Below are positions 1 through 9,949 of a stretch of DNA of 26,036 bases, in pieces. Origin of the DNA: Fidelibacterota bacterium (GTDB lineage Bacteria > Fidelibacterota > Marinisomatia > Marinisomatales > TCS55). Made by a program: the position numbers and the translations under genes. How positions within the stretch are numbered: the first letter of the stretch is position 1; each line of letters opens with the position of its first letter. The notes below the pieces were generated by a model, which made no database searches, had not been told where the DNA came from, and saw nothing but the letters and a program-made list of their open reading frames with translations. The stretch covers positions 1 to 26,036 of the forward strand of contig JAPNQO010000058.1 in the NCBI GenBank assembly GCA_027251445.1, read 5' to 3'.

Positions 1-144
1 GGGGGGCCAAATTCAGAAAAGCATGAAATTGATTATGAATTTTCTGAGTATGATCGCAATGATTTAATATATCGTTTTGCTAAAAAGGTTTCTTCTGAAG
101 AAATTGATAATGCAACAACTGTTTCTCCAGGAGGAGAAAGCTAA
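1..144 (+). CDS. nuoI: NADH-quinone oxidoreductase subunit I, C-terminal fragment (5'-truncated by window edge)
   Basis: Frame 1 is open from base 1 (GGPNSEKHEIDYEFSEYDRNDLIYRFAKKVSSEEIDNATTVSPGGES*). Its TAA at 142-144 abuts the nuoJ ATG. The YEFSEYDRNDLIY tail resembles NuoI C-termini and the position is canonical. The Fe-S motifs lie outside the window. Confidence 0.75.
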   Translation, partial: GGPNSEKHEIDYEFSEYDRNDLIYRFAKKVSSEEIDNATTVSPGGES

Positions 145-633
145 ATGGACAATGTTGCTTTTGGCTTAATAGTAGCATTAACACTTGGTTCCGCATTTGT
201 AGTTGTCCTATCGAAGCAGTTATTATACTCAGCAATTGCATTATTATTTACTCTTTTTGGTATTGCAGGCTTATATATTTTTATGTGGGCAGATTTTATG
301 GCTGGGGTTCAAATTATTGTATACATAGGTGGGATTTTAGTTCTGTTAATTTTTGGGATAATGTTAACGAATAAGATTAGTTCTGTTAATATTTCCCATA
401 CAAGTTTACAAAAAAGTGTTGGAGCTGTGATTGCCCTAGGTGTTTTGGGGCTTTTAATTCCAATGATTTTAAATACTTCTTGGTATCAGCTTTCTTCAAA
501 AGAACCAAGCCAGACTGCAGATAGTATTGGAAGATTATTAATGATGGAATATTTACTTCCCTTTGAAGTTGCTTCTCTACTTTTACTTGGTGCTTTAATT
601 GGAGCTGCTATGCTTTCAAGGAACACCAATTAA
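145..633 (+). CDS. nuoJ: NADH-quinone oxidoreductase subunit J
   Basis: 162 aa, hydrophobic. Has the QIIVYIGGILVLLIFGIML and YLLPFEVASLLLLGALIGA motifs. AGGAGG SD-like sequence upstream. Confidence 0.95.
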   Translation: MDNVAFGLIVALTLGSAFVVVLSKQLLYSAIALLFTLFGIAGLYIFMWADFMAGVQIIVYIGGILVLLIFGIMLTNKISSVNISHTSLQKSVGAVIALGVLGLLIPMILNTSWYQLSSKEPSQTADSIGRLLMMEYLLPFEVASLLLLGALIGAAMLSRNTN

Positions 634-938
634 TGGATAGCCTTCAAACATACTTATTTATAAGTGCAATTTTATTTTCGCTGGGATTATATGGAGTTAT
701 TACTCGAAGGAACGGAATCGCTGTCTTAATGGGAGTAGAATTGATATTGAATGCTGCAAATATTAATTTTATTGCCTTTGCTCGTTTTGGAGGAATGAAT
801 TTTAGCGGCCAGGTTTTTGCTTTATTTGTTATTATAATGGCCGCAGCTGAAGCAGCTGTTGCATTAGCAATTATAATTAATGTATTTAATAATTTAGATA
901 CTGTAAACATTGACGATGCAAAAGAATTAAAATTATGA
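633..938 (+). CDS. nuoK: NADH-quinone oxidoreductase subunit K
   Basis: 101 aa, 3 TM. Has RRN, MGVELILNAAN and AAAEAAVALA, including both conserved Glu. TAATG overlap with nuoJ. Confidence 0.96.
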   Translation: MDSLQTYLFISAILFSLGLYGVITRRNGIAVLMGVELILNAANINFIAFARFGGMNFSGQVFALFVIIMAAAEAAVALAIIINVFNNLDTVNIDDAKELKL

Positions 939-2986
939 CGGGTGATATGCTAATTAATTATGCCTTAGGCATACTGTTTTTCCCTCTAATATCATTTATT
1001 ATTTTGATTTTCGTAGGAAAGCGTTTGCCTCGTCAAGGTGATATAGTTGCTATTGGTTCAATCTTATTAACCTTGATTTTATCTTTAGCGATGTTTGGTA
1101 GTATGCTGCTATCAAAAGATCCTGGACTCAGACATGAAGCCTCGTTCACATGGATGGATCTAGGTGATTTTAAAATTAAGCTTGGTTTTTTAATAGATAA
1201 TATCACAATAATTATGCTTCTTGTGGTGTCTCTTATTTCGACGATGACTCATATTTTCTCAACTAAATATATGGAAGGTGATATTAGGTACTCTAGATAC
1301 TACGCTTACCTTGGATTATTCACGTTTAGTATGAATGGTATCGTATTGGCAAATAATCTTATCTCTCTTTATATCTTTTGGGAATTAGTAGGTGTTAGTT
1401 CTTATTTATTGATAGGTCATTGGTTTGAAAAAGATTCTGCAGCTGATGCAAGTAAAAAAGCTTTTCTAATAAATAGGGTTGGTGATATAGGTTTTTTTAT
1501 TGGTCTAATGTTAGTATTTACCGCATTGGGAACTTTTAATTATGCAGAGGTTTTTCAAGGAGTTGCTGAAGGAAACCTATCTGGCTCTCTATTGACATTT
1601 GCTGGAATCGGATTATTTATGGGTGCTGTAGGAAAATCTTCCCAGTTCCCTTTACATATTTGGTTACCAGATGCTATGGAAGGCCCAACCCCTGTTTCCG
1701 CATTAATGCATGCAGCTACAATGGTTGCAGCAGGTGTATATCTTTCGGTTAGATTGTTTCCATTATTTACACCTGATGCTTTACTGTTTATTGCTTATAC
1801 TGGTGGATTTACTGCAATTTTTGCAGCAACCATTGCCTTAACACAAAATGATATAAAAAAGGTATTAGCCTATTCAACAGTTAGTCAATTAGGATATATG
1901 ATTTTAGCAGTTGGAACAGGAGCATATGTGGCTGGTTTTTTCCACTTGGTAACTCATGCTATGTTCAAAGCTTGTCTTTTTTACGGTTCAGGTAGTGTAA
2001 TTCACGCTATGCACCATGCTCTTCATAATTTAAAGGATCATGATACAGACCCTCAGGATATGAGGAATATGGGAGGTTTCAAATCAAAAATGCCCATTAC
2101 ATATTGGACTATGCTTATTGCCACCCTTGCTATTTCAGGAGTTCCTTTATTTTCAGGGTTTTTATCCAAGGATGCTGTTTTAGCAGGAACCCTATCGTTT
2201 GCTAGTCATCACCCTCAGCATTTTCTTTTACCAGTTTTTGGTTTTTCTGCTGCTTTAATTACAGCTTTCTATATGTTTAGACTAATTTTTATGACATTTC
2301 ATAATGAGCCAAAACTGCAAAATGTTTTTGATGATATTCATGAATCACCTAAGCCAATGGTTTTCCCCCTAATCCTTCTAAGTTCGCTCAGTGTATTTAT
2401 TTTTTATACCTTACCTTATTTTAATCCATTATCAGATCACGGTTGGTTTATGGAATTAATTCAAGCAAAAGACTCTATGGTTCCTGGTAACCCAAGTGCA
2501 AAATATATAGCAGATGGTATTCACCATAGCCACACTCTTACGATGGTTCTTTCTATACTCGTTGCAGCCCTAGGAATTTTTCTATCATGGGCTGTGTATA
2601 TGAAAAAAATCATTTCTGCTGATATATGGACAAAAAAAATGAGTATTTTTTATAATCTATCACTAAACAAATACTATTTTGATGAAAATTATAATAAATA
2701 TCTTTATCAACCATTTTTACGTTTAGCAAATCGAGTTTCTTATATCGACTGGGATTTATATGATAAATATTTTATTAATGGTTTTGGTCATGTAACAAAA
2801 TGGCTTTCATTCATTACTGGTCGTACAGATTATGATGGGCTAGATCAAACTATTGTAGATGGGCTTGGCAGGTCAATGGGTAAGTTTGGATCTTCTCTAA
2901 AAGAAATACAGACTGGCCGTTTACAAAACTATATGCTATTTGCTCTATTTGGAGTGATTATTATTATAATTTTTCAATCTTTTTAA
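935..2986 (+). CDS. nuoL: NADH-quinone oxidoreductase subunit L
   Basis: 683 aa antiporter-like subunit. Motifs FWELVGVSSYLLIG, KSSQFPLHIWLPDAMEGPTPVSALMHAATMV, DIKKVLAYSTVSQLGYM and C-terminal QTGRLQNY. Confidence 0.96.
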   Translation: MTGDMLINYALGILFFPLISFIILIFVGKRLPRQGDIVAIGSILLTLILSLAMFGSMLLSKDPGLRHEASFTWMDLGDFKIKLGFLIDNITIIMLLVVSLISTMTHIFSTKYMEGDIRYSRYYAYLGLFTFSMNGIVLANNLISLYIFWELVGVSSYLLIGHWFEKDSAADASKKAFLINRVGDIGFFIGLMLVFTALGTFNYAEVFQGVAEGNLSGSLLTFAGIGLFMGAVGKSSQFPLHIWLPDAMEGPTPVSALMHAATMVAAGVYLSVRLFPLFTPDALLFIAYTGGFTAIFAATIALTQNDIKKVLAYSTVSQLGYMILAVGTGAYVAGFFHLVTHAMFKACLFYGSGSVIHAMHHALHNLKDHDTDPQDMRNMGGFKSKMPITYWTMLIATLAISGVPLFSGFLSKDAVLAGTLSFASHHPQHFLLPVFGFSAALITAFYMFRLIFMTFHNEPKLQNVFDDIHESPKPMVFPLILLSSLSVFIFYTLPYFNPLSDHGWFMELIQAKDSMVPGNPSAKYIADGIHHSHTLTMVLSILVAALGIFLSWAVYMKKIISADIWTKKMSIFYNLSLNKYYFDENYNKYLYQPFLRLANRVSYIDWDLYDKYFINGFGHVTKWLSFITGRTDYDGLDQTIVDGLGRSMGKFGSSLKEIQTGRLQNYMLFALFGVIIIIIFQSF

Positions 2987-3010
2987 CTATGTAATGATTA
3001 GGACAATCGT

Positions 3011-4558
3011 ATGGATAATATTTTAAGTTGGATTATATGGATTCCTATTATAGGAATGGTTGCAATAGCCTTTATTCCTAGGGACAAAAAAGATCTAATT
3101 AAACAAATAGCTGCAGTCACAACTGGAATTCAGTTGCTTCTTGCAATTATGCTTTGGTCAGTTTTTGATGCAACTTCTGGATCCTTTCAATTCATGGAAA
3201 GAGCTGAATGGATACCCTCTTTGGGCATCAGTTATATTTTAGGTATTGATGGTCTAAGTTTACCTATGGTTGCCTTGAATGCGTTGATCGCTTTCCTTGG
3301 TGTGTTTGTTAGTTGGAACATAGACCGTGCTGTAAAAGGATATTTTGCTTTGTTTTTATTGCTTGATACAGGAGTTATGGGCGTATTCTTATCACTAGAC
3401 TTTTTCCTTTTTTATGTATTTTGGGAAGTTATGTTATTACCTATGTATTTTTTAATTGGAATGTGGGGCGGGCCCCAAAGAGAATATGCAGCAATAAAAT
3501 TCTTCTTATATACATTATTTGGTTCTGTTCTTATGTTGATTGCATTACTCGCATTGTATTTTGCTTGCGGTCAAACATTTGATATGATATTAATGATGGA
3601 ACGTGCCCCTTTTGCACTTGATGGAGTGGTATGGTGGGGTATGAGTGCCATTAAGGTAATATGGGTATTATTATTCATTGGTTTTGCAATTAAAGTGCCA
3701 GTTTTTCCATTCCATACGTGGCTACCTTTAGCACATGTTGAAGCCCCTACTGCAATATCAGTTGTATTAGCTGGTATACTTTTAAAGTTAGGAGTATACG
3801 GAATGCTGAGAATTAATTACACTATGCTTCCTGATGCTGTATGGTGGTTTGCTGGTTCTCTTGCATTTTTGGGTATGATTAATGTTCTTTGGGGGGCAAT
3901 GTGCGCTCTGGCGCAAAAAGATTTAAAGAAGATGGTGGCATACTCTAGTATTAATCATATGGGATATCTTCTATTAGGTATGGCTGCTGTAATAGCAGGT
4001 GGATCCGTTAATGGTTCAAATCTAATGGCTGCACAGGCAGGAATAAATGGTGCTGTATTTCAGATGTTTAATCATGGAACTATATCAGCTATGTTATTTA
4101 TTCTAGTTGGTGTTATTTACGAACAAGCACACCATAGAGACATTGAAGGATTTGGAGGCTTAGCATCACAAATGCCGATATATACTGCTATTGTAGCTTT
4201 AGCTTTTTTTGCAGGTTTAGGGCTACCAGGTTTATCAGGGTTTGTAAGTGAAGCTATGTGCTTTATTGGTGCTTTTCCTGTTTTTCGTACGATGGTAATT
4301 ATATCAACCATTGGAATCTTACTTAATGCTGCCTATTTCTTATGGGCTTTCCAAAGAATGTTTTTTGGAAAACTAAATGAAAAGTATACAAAATTGGAAG
4401 ATATCAATAAACGTGAGTTATTTACAGTTATCCCCTTATTAGTAATCACAATTTTTCTTGGTGTTTATCCTCGTCCTTTCTTGGACATGATAAAAGAAAC
4501 TATGAATGTTTTAATTGATCAAGTTGTTGTCGTTGGTGGGGTCGCTGGTATATTTTAA
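3011..4558 (+). CDS. nuoM: NADH-quinone oxidoreductase subunit M
   Basis: 515 aa. Motifs FYVFWEVMLLPMYFLIG, AIKFFLYT, KVPVFPFHTWLPLAHVEAPT and DLKKMVAYSSINHMG. Confidence 0.96.
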   Translation: MDNILSWIIWIPIIGMVAIAFIPRDKKDLIKQIAAVTTGIQLLLAIMLWSVFDATSGSFQFMERAEWIPSLGISYILGIDGLSLPMVALNALIAFLGVFVSWNIDRAVKGYFALFLLLDTGVMGVFLSLDFFLFYVFWEVMLLPMYFLIGMWGGPQREYAAIKFFLYTLFGSVLMLIALLALYFACGQTFDMILMMERAPFALDGVVWWGMSAIKVIWVLLFIGFAIKVPVFPFHTWLPLAHVEAPTAISVVLAGILLKLGVYGMLRINYTMLPDAVWWFAGSLAFLGMINVLWGAMCALAQKDLKKMVAYSSINHMGYLLLGMAAVIAGGSVNGSNLMAAQAGINGAVFQMFNHGTISAMLFILVGVIYEQAHHRDIEGFGGLASQMPIYTAIVALAFFAGLGLPGLSGFVSEAMCFIGAFPVFRTMVIISTIGILLNAAYFLWAFQRMFFGKLNEKYTKLEDINKRELFTVIPLLVITIFLGVYPRPFLDMIKETMNVLIDQVVVVGGVAGIF

Positions 4559-4574
4559 CCAGTTAAATTCATAA

Positions 4575-6062
4575 ATGAACAACCTATTAAGCATATCGTT
4601 ATTTTGGCCCGAACTTTTATTAACCGCCACAATATTAATTGCAATAGTTGTTGATATTTTTTCACAATCACCAAAATCAAATAAAGTAAGTAATTATGTA
4701 ATTATTGGATTATTAGCGACATTAGTTGCAGTTTTTATTACAAGCCATTCGCCAACCACATTATTTATGGATTCATTGGCTTTTGATCCCTTTGCTAGTT
4801 TTTTTAAATCGATTGTGATCGTTGCTACCTTATTTGTTATAGTTATAAGTCGTTACAGTAACGAATTCGAAGGATATCATACTGGAGAATACTATGCTTT
4901 ATTATGCATTATGGTATTTGGAATGTTTTTAATGGCTAGCGCTATTGATTTGATTACAGTTTATTTATCAATCGAAGTTGTATCATTAATGTCATTTATT
5001 TTAGCTGGTTATCTAAAGAATAATCCCAGATCAAATGAAGCTTCATTAAAGTATGTTATCTATGGTGCCTTTTCTTCCGGTATTATGCTATATGGATTAA
5101 GTATTATTTTTGGTTTAACAGGTACAACAAAATTTTTTGCTATACGTGATGCAATTGCAACTCTGGATTCGACATCAAATCTTTCCTTAACATTATCAAC
5201 CGTATTTGTTTTAGCAGGGTTTGGATACAAAATATCAGCTGTTCCTTTTCATTTCTGGACTCCTGATGTATACGAAGGATCTCCTACTCCAATTACTGCC
5301 TATTTGTCTGTTGCACCAAAAGCAGCTGGTTTTGCTTTAATGATTCGATTCTTTAATCAGGTTTTTGTCGATGGTGATTCTTTAAGTGGCTTAGGATGGT
5401 ATTCCGATGTGAGTTTTGCCTGGCCTGAATTATTAGGTATTATTTCTGTTGCAACAATGTCATTAGGTAATTTGGTCGCTATTCAACAGAATAGCGTTAA
5501 AAGAATGTTGGCTTATTCAAGTATTGCGCATGCAGGGTATATGTTAATGGTATTTCCAACTATTTCATCTGAAGGTGTTTTTGCAGTAATGATTTATTTA
5601 GTTATGTATCTATTTATGAATTTGGGTGCTTTTTTTGTTCTTATATATGTAATCCAAAAAGAAGGCGGTGAAAACTTCGAACATTTTAGTGGGCTAGGCT
5701 GGCGGATGCCGATTGTTGGTATTGTAATGACAGTATTTATGTTCTCACTTACTGGTTTACCACCTACGGTTGGATTTATAGGAAAATTCTATTTATTTGT
5801 CGCTGTTATTAATGCTGGCTCATCCTTTTATTGGATAGCATTTTTCGGGGCGATAAATACTGTTATATCTCTCTATTATTATATGCGTGTTGTAAAAACA
5901 ATGTATTTAGATGGAAAACCAAGTGATGAAATTCAAGTACCACCCTTTTCAATAACTGCAATTTTATTGATATTGGCAGTTCCATCTATATTTTTTGGAA
6001 TTTATTGGACCCCCATACTTAATTGGGTAAAGGATAGCTTATTATTTTTTGTACAAATCTAA
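4575..6062 (+). CDS. nuoN: NADH-quinone oxidoreductase subunit N
   Basis: 495 aa. Motifs SNEASLKY, KISAVPFHFWTPDVYEGSPTP, KRMLAYSSIAHAGY and GLPPTVGFIGKF. Confidence 0.96.
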   Translation: MNNLLSISLFWPELLLTATILIAIVVDIFSQSPKSNKVSNYVIIGLLATLVAVFITSHSPTTLFMDSLAFDPFASFFKSIVIVATLFVIVISRYSNEFEGYHTGEYYALLCIMVFGMFLMASAIDLITVYLSIEVVSLMSFILAGYLKNNPRSNEASLKYVIYGAFSSGIMLYGLSIIFGLTGTTKFFAIRDAIATLDSTSNLSLTLSTVFVLAGFGYKISAVPFHFWTPDVYEGSPTPITAYLSVAPKAAGFALMIRFFNQVFVDGDSLSGLGWYSDVSFAWPELLGIISVATMSLGNLVAIQQNSVKRMLAYSSIAHAGYMLMVFPTISSEGVFAVMIYLVMYLFMNLGAFFVLIYVIQKEGGENFEHFSGLGWRMPIVGIVMTVFMFSLTGLPPTVGFIGKFYLFVAVINAGSSFYWIAFFGAINTVISLYYYMRVVKTMYLDGKPSDEIQVPPFSITAILLILAVPSIFFGIYWTPILNWVKDSLLFFVQI

Positions 6063-6086
6063 TTATCACCTACCTAGGACATAGAA

Positions 6087-7439
6087 TTGGCACATATCAA
6101 CATTAGAAAAGGACATAATATTCGTATCTCTGGATCCCCAGAAAATGAATATTTTTCTAGACCTAAATCAAAAACAGTTTCTATTCAACCAAATAATTTT
6201 AGATACGTTAAGCCTAAACTATTAGTGAAAGTGGGAGATAAAGTTGATATCGGTTCGCCAATATTTTTTGATAAAGTACAGCCCGATATTAAATGGGCAT
6301 CTCCAGGTGGTGGAGAAATCAAAGAAATAATTTTAGGAGATAGAAGATCTGTTGAAAATATTATTATAGAATTACACGAAGAAGAAAAATCAGTTTTACA
6401 TACACCTGTCAAATATCAAGAAATATCCTCTTTGGGTAAAGCTAAAGTTACCGATCAAATTATGGAAGCAAATTTATGGCCAATGATCAGACAGCGTCCG
6501 TTTAATAAAATTGCAGATCCAAATGATACTCCTATGGCAATATTTGTTTCAGGATTTAATTCTGCCCCTTTAACAGTTAATCTTGACTTTGCTTTACGTT
6601 ACAAGCAATCAGTATTTCAAGCTGGTCTCAATGTTTTAAATCAATTATCAAATGGTAATGTTCACCTTACATTTGAAGTAGATACTAACTGTGAAACTTT
6701 GACGGCAGCAAGGAATGTAAATCTTCATACAGTTAACGGACCTCATCCCTCTGGTAATGTTGGGATTCAAATTCATCATATTAATCCTTGGAAACCTAAT
6801 GAGGTTATTTGGGTTATCAATGCTCAACATGTTCTTACCATAGGGGACTTATTTCTTAAAGGTATTTATGATCCTTCAATTGTTGCAACTGTGGCTGGAC
6901 CTGGTGTAAAGAATCCTGCACATATTCAAACACGAACCGGTGCAAGTATAGAAACATTTTTATTAGATAATCTTAATAGTGATGATAATCGAATTATTTC
7001 TGGTGATGTGTTGACAGGACAAGAAACTAATTTAAATGGATTTTTAGGTTATTATGATACAACTATTTCTGTTGTGCCAAATTCTAATGAAAGAGAATTT
7101 CTCGGTCTTTTAAAACCTGGTAATGAACAATCAAGGTATAGCGTGACTAATGCATTTATATCTCAAAATAAAAGTAATTTTAATTTTACTACGCAACAGT
7201 CGGGATCTTTAAGGCCGATGGTCCCAATCAATGCATGGGAGAATATGCTTCCAATGGATATTTATCCTAATGCGTTATATCGTTCTATTTTAGCTGAAGA
7301 TTTTGAAGAAATGGAAGGGTTAGGCTTATTGGAATGCGATGAAGAAGATTTTGCTCTTTGTTCATTTGTATGTCCTAGTAAGATTGATGTTGGATCAGTG
7401 ATTCGACATGGATTAAACCTTATGAAGGATGATGGATAA
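6087..7439 (+). CDS. nqrA: Na+-translocating NADH:quinone oxidoreductase subunit A
   Basis: 450 aa, TTG start after AGGA. Motifs LLVKVGDKV, WPMIRQRPF, GPHPSGNVG, RIISGDVLTG and C-terminal EEDFALCSFVCPSK. First gene of an nqrA-F series. Confidence 0.94.
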   Translation: MAHINIRKGHNIRISGSPENEYFSRPKSKTVSIQPNNFRYVKPKLLVKVGDKVDIGSPIFFDKVQPDIKWASPGGGEIKEIILGDRRSVENIIIELHEEEKSVLHTPVKYQEISSLGKAKVTDQIMEANLWPMIRQRPFNKIADPNDTPMAIFVSGFNSAPLTVNLDFALRYKQSVFQAGLNVLNQLSNGNVHLTFEVDTNCETLTAARNVNLHTVNGPHPSGNVGIQIHHINPWKPNEVIWVINAQHVLTIGDLFLKGIYDPSIVATVAGPGVKNPAHIQTRTGASIETFLLDNLNSDDNRIISGDVLTGQETNLNGFLGYYDTTISVVPNSNEREFLGLLKPGNEQSRYSVTNAFISQNKSNFNFTTQQSGSLRPMVPINAWENMLPMDIYPNALYRSILAEDFEEMEGLGLLECDEEDFALCSFVCPSKIDVGSVIRHGLNLMKDDG

Positions 7440-8619
7440 TATGGTCAATCATCTAAGAAAATTAATCCAAAATATTGAGCCAAAATTTACGAATGATGGG
7501 CCTTTGAAAAGATTTTTTCCTTTATTTGAAGCTACTGAATCTTTTTTATTCTCGACTGCTGAAAAGACTAATTCTGGCCCTCATATTCGGGATAGTGTCG
7601 ATATTAAAAGAGTGATGATCCTTGTTGTGTTAGCATTAGTACCTTGTTATATATTTGGTGCAATTAATATTGGTGTACAAGCAGGAATAGCTACTGGAAA
7701 GGTGAGATCTCTTTTTGATAATTTTATGTTTGGAATGGAATATATTATTCCTATCATCCTCGTCACCTTTATTGCTGGAGGATTTTGGGAAGTCTTATTT
7801 GCTGTTATTAGGAAGCATGATATTTATGAAGGCTTCTTAGTTACATGCGCACTAATACCTTTATTAATGCCTCCAACCATTCCACTTTGGCAAGTCTTTG
7901 TTGCTACATCATTTGGGATAGTAATTGGAAAAGAAATTTTTGGTGGTGTTGGTTATAATATTTTTAACCCAGCTCTAGTAACTAGAGCATTTATTTATTT
8001 TGCATATCCAACAGAAATTGCTGGTGATAAAGTATGGCTAGTCGGACCTGATGGATATTCAGGTGCAACGGCTTTAGCAATTCCTGCAGCTACAGAAAAT
8101 AATAATGCATTAGATCTATTACATAATGTAACTCAATTTGATTTTTCTTGGATAAATATGCTTATGGGATATATCCCAGGATCTATAGGGGAAACGAATA
8201 AAATTATAATTCTTCTTGGTGCGTTATTTCTTATTTATGTTAAAATTGCCTCTTGGAGGATTATGATAAGCGCTGTGTTTGGCCTGTTCTTCACTGCTAT
8301 TTTGACAAATATATTGGCACCATTTTCTTCAAATACTATGTTGAGTATACCACCTCACTATCATTTAGTTATGGGTAGTTTTATGTTTGGTGTAGTATTT
8401 ATGGCCACTGAACCTGTTACTTCAGCTCACACAAATAGAGGCAAATGGATTTATGGATTTTTCATAGGTTCATTAACCGTGATTATACGTTCAATTAATC
8501 CAGCATATCCTGAAGGTATAATGTTAGCAATACTATTAATGAATGCTTTTGCACCGTTAATAGATTATTTTGTTGTTCAGAAAAATATCAACCAGAGAAA
8601 ATTACGCTATGCGAAGTAA
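7429..8619 (+). CDS. nqrB: Na+-NQR subunit B (covalent FMN)
   Basis: Motifs HIRDSVDIKRVM, GGFWEVLFA, GKEIFGGVG, FMN-attachment DGYSGAT, PGSIGET and NPAYPEG. The true start could be the ATG at 7441. Confidence 0.95.
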   Translation: MMDNMVNHLRKLIQNIEPKFTNDGPLKRFFPLFEATESFLFSTAEKTNSGPHIRDSVDIKRVMILVVLALVPCYIFGAINIGVQAGIATGKVRSLFDNFMFGMEYIIPIILVTFIAGGFWEVLFAVIRKHDIYEGFLVTCALIPLLMPPTIPLWQVFVATSFGIVIGKEIFGGVGYNIFNPALVTRAFIYFAYPTEIAGDKVWLVGPDGYSGATALAIPAATENNNALDLLHNVTQFDFSWINMLMGYIPGSIGETNKIIILLGALFLIYVKIASWRIMISAVFGLFFTAILTNILAPFSSNTMLSIPPHYHLVMGSFMFGVVFMATEPVTSAHTNRGKWIYGFFIGSLTVIIRSINPAYPEGIMLAILLMNAFAPLIDYFVVQKNINQRKLRYAK

Positions 8620-9322
8620 CACGTATACTTTGATTTTTACTTCAATTACGACTATAGTTCTTGGATTTCTTCTATCTTTTGTATCGGAGTCATTAAAAGA
8701 AGATCAACGAATTAATGTTGAAATTGATATTATGAAAAATATTCTTTATTCATTGGACTTTAGTGAGAAAGATGATCCTTGGACAGTTGAAGAAGTAAAA
8801 AAAATATTTGATTCATCGGTAATTCAAAAAGTAGTAAGTGTTGATGGAGAAGTAATTGACAATCTAGTTCCCTCTGAAATACCACCAGATAAAATGGAAA
8901 CGCAATTTCCTTTATATATTAAAATTGTTAATAATTCTATAGATGGTTATGCCATACCAATCTCGGGAAAAGGATTATGGTCAACTTTATATGGATATTT
9001 TGCACTAGAAAATGATGGATCTACAGTAAAAGGTATACGGTTTTATAAACATAAAGAAACGCCGGGACTTGGAGGAGAAGTAGATAAGGATTGGTTCACA
9101 AACAATTTTATTGGAAAAAAAATAATTGATAAGAATGGTAGGTTGGTTAGTATACAGTCTATAAAAGGACAAGTGGATGATTCGTCTCCCGATGCATATC
9201 ATCAGGTTGATGGTATCTCAGGTGCTACTGTGACAACAAAGGGTCTTAATGAATTTTTAATGAATGATTTAAAAAAATATGATTCTTATTTTCAAAAGAT
9301 TAGAATGGAGTCAAAGGGTTAA
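8609..9322 (+). CDS. nqrC: Na+-NQR subunit C (covalent FMN)
   Basis: Motifs GKGLWSTLYG, HKETPGLGGEV and VDGISGATVT, with one N-terminal TM. Start placed at ATG 8609 (MRSNTYTLIF) instead of the ORF-track TTG 8570. Confidence 0.94.
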   Translation: MRSNTYTLIFTSITTIVLGFLLSFVSESLKEDQRINVEIDIMKNILYSLDFSEKDDPWTVEEVKKIFDSSVIQKVVSVDGEVIDNLVPSEIPPDKMETQFPLYIKIVNNSIDGYAIPISGKGLWSTLYGYFALENDGSTVKGIRFYKHKETPGLGGEVDKDWFTNNFIGKKIIDKNGRLVSIQSIKGQVDDSSPDAYHQVDGISGATVTTKGLNEFLMNDLKKYDSYFQKIRMESKG

Positions 9323-9948
9323 TGTCATTATTTGATAGTAAATCTAGAAAAGCTCTCAAAGATCCGTTAATGCAGGATAACCCTATCACATTTCAGGTAT
9401 TAGGTATATGCTCAGCATTAGCAGTAACTGTGAGAATGGATACAGCCATAGTAATGTCTTTTGCAGTGATTTTTGTTCTTACAATGTCTAATACAGTAGT
9501 TTCTATTTTTAGAAATATGATACCATCACGAGTACGTATCATTTTTGCTCTTTTAGTTATTTCTTCTTTGGTTACTTTGACTGATCAATATTTAAAAGCA
9601 TATATGTATGATATGAGTAAAGAATTAAACGTTTTTCTGGCGTTAATAATTACTAACTGTATAGTTTTAGGAAGAGCAGAAGCATTTGCTATGAAAGAGG
9701 GCCCTTGGAGATCTTTCTTAGATGGTCTTGGGAATGCCTTGGGTTATGGGGTAATATTAGTAGCAGTTGCGGCTTTCCGTGAATTATTTGGTAGTGGTTC
9801 ACTAATGGGTTTCCAAATTATTTCTGATTCAATGTATACTTCAGGATATCAAAATAATGGTCTTATGGTTTTATCTCCAGGTGCATTTATTATACTTGGT
9901 TTAATTATATGGGTACAGCGTACGATTGGTAAAATAGAGGAAGAATAA
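9322..9948 (+). CDS. nqrD: Na+-NQR subunit D
   Basis: 208 aa. Has NPITFQVLGICSALAVT and LIITNCIVLGRAEAFA (Fe-S Cys), plus SFLDGLGN. Confidence 0.95.
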   Translation: MSLFDSKSRKALKDPLMQDNPITFQVLGICSALAVTVRMDTAIVMSFAVIFVLTMSNTVVSIFRNMIPSRVRIIFALLVISSLVTLTDQYLKAYMYDMSKELNVFLALIITNCIVLGRAEAFAMKEGPWRSFLDGLGNALGYGVILVAVAAFRELFGSGSLMGFQIISDSMYTSGYQNNGLMVLSPGAFIILGLIIWVQRTIGKIEEE

Positions 9949-9949
9949 T

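Noticed and set aside
2003..2065. His-rich insert in NuoL (HAMHHALHNLKDHDTDPQDMR) as a novel metal site
   Set aside because: It falls in a variable loop between the conserved IHAM and QDMR motifs, where such inserts are common. Nothing supports a specific function.
935..6062. Mrp/Mnh antiporter, or a '2M' complex I, as the identity of the antiporter-like subunits
   Set aside because: The order I-J-K-L-M-N and the subunit-specific motifs fit Nuo. There are no MrpE/F/G genes and only one nuoM.
8570..8608. ORF-track start of nqrC at TTG 8570
   Set aside because: It creates a 50-bp overlap with nqrB. ATG 8609 gives the typical SNxYT N-terminus just ahead of the TM helix.
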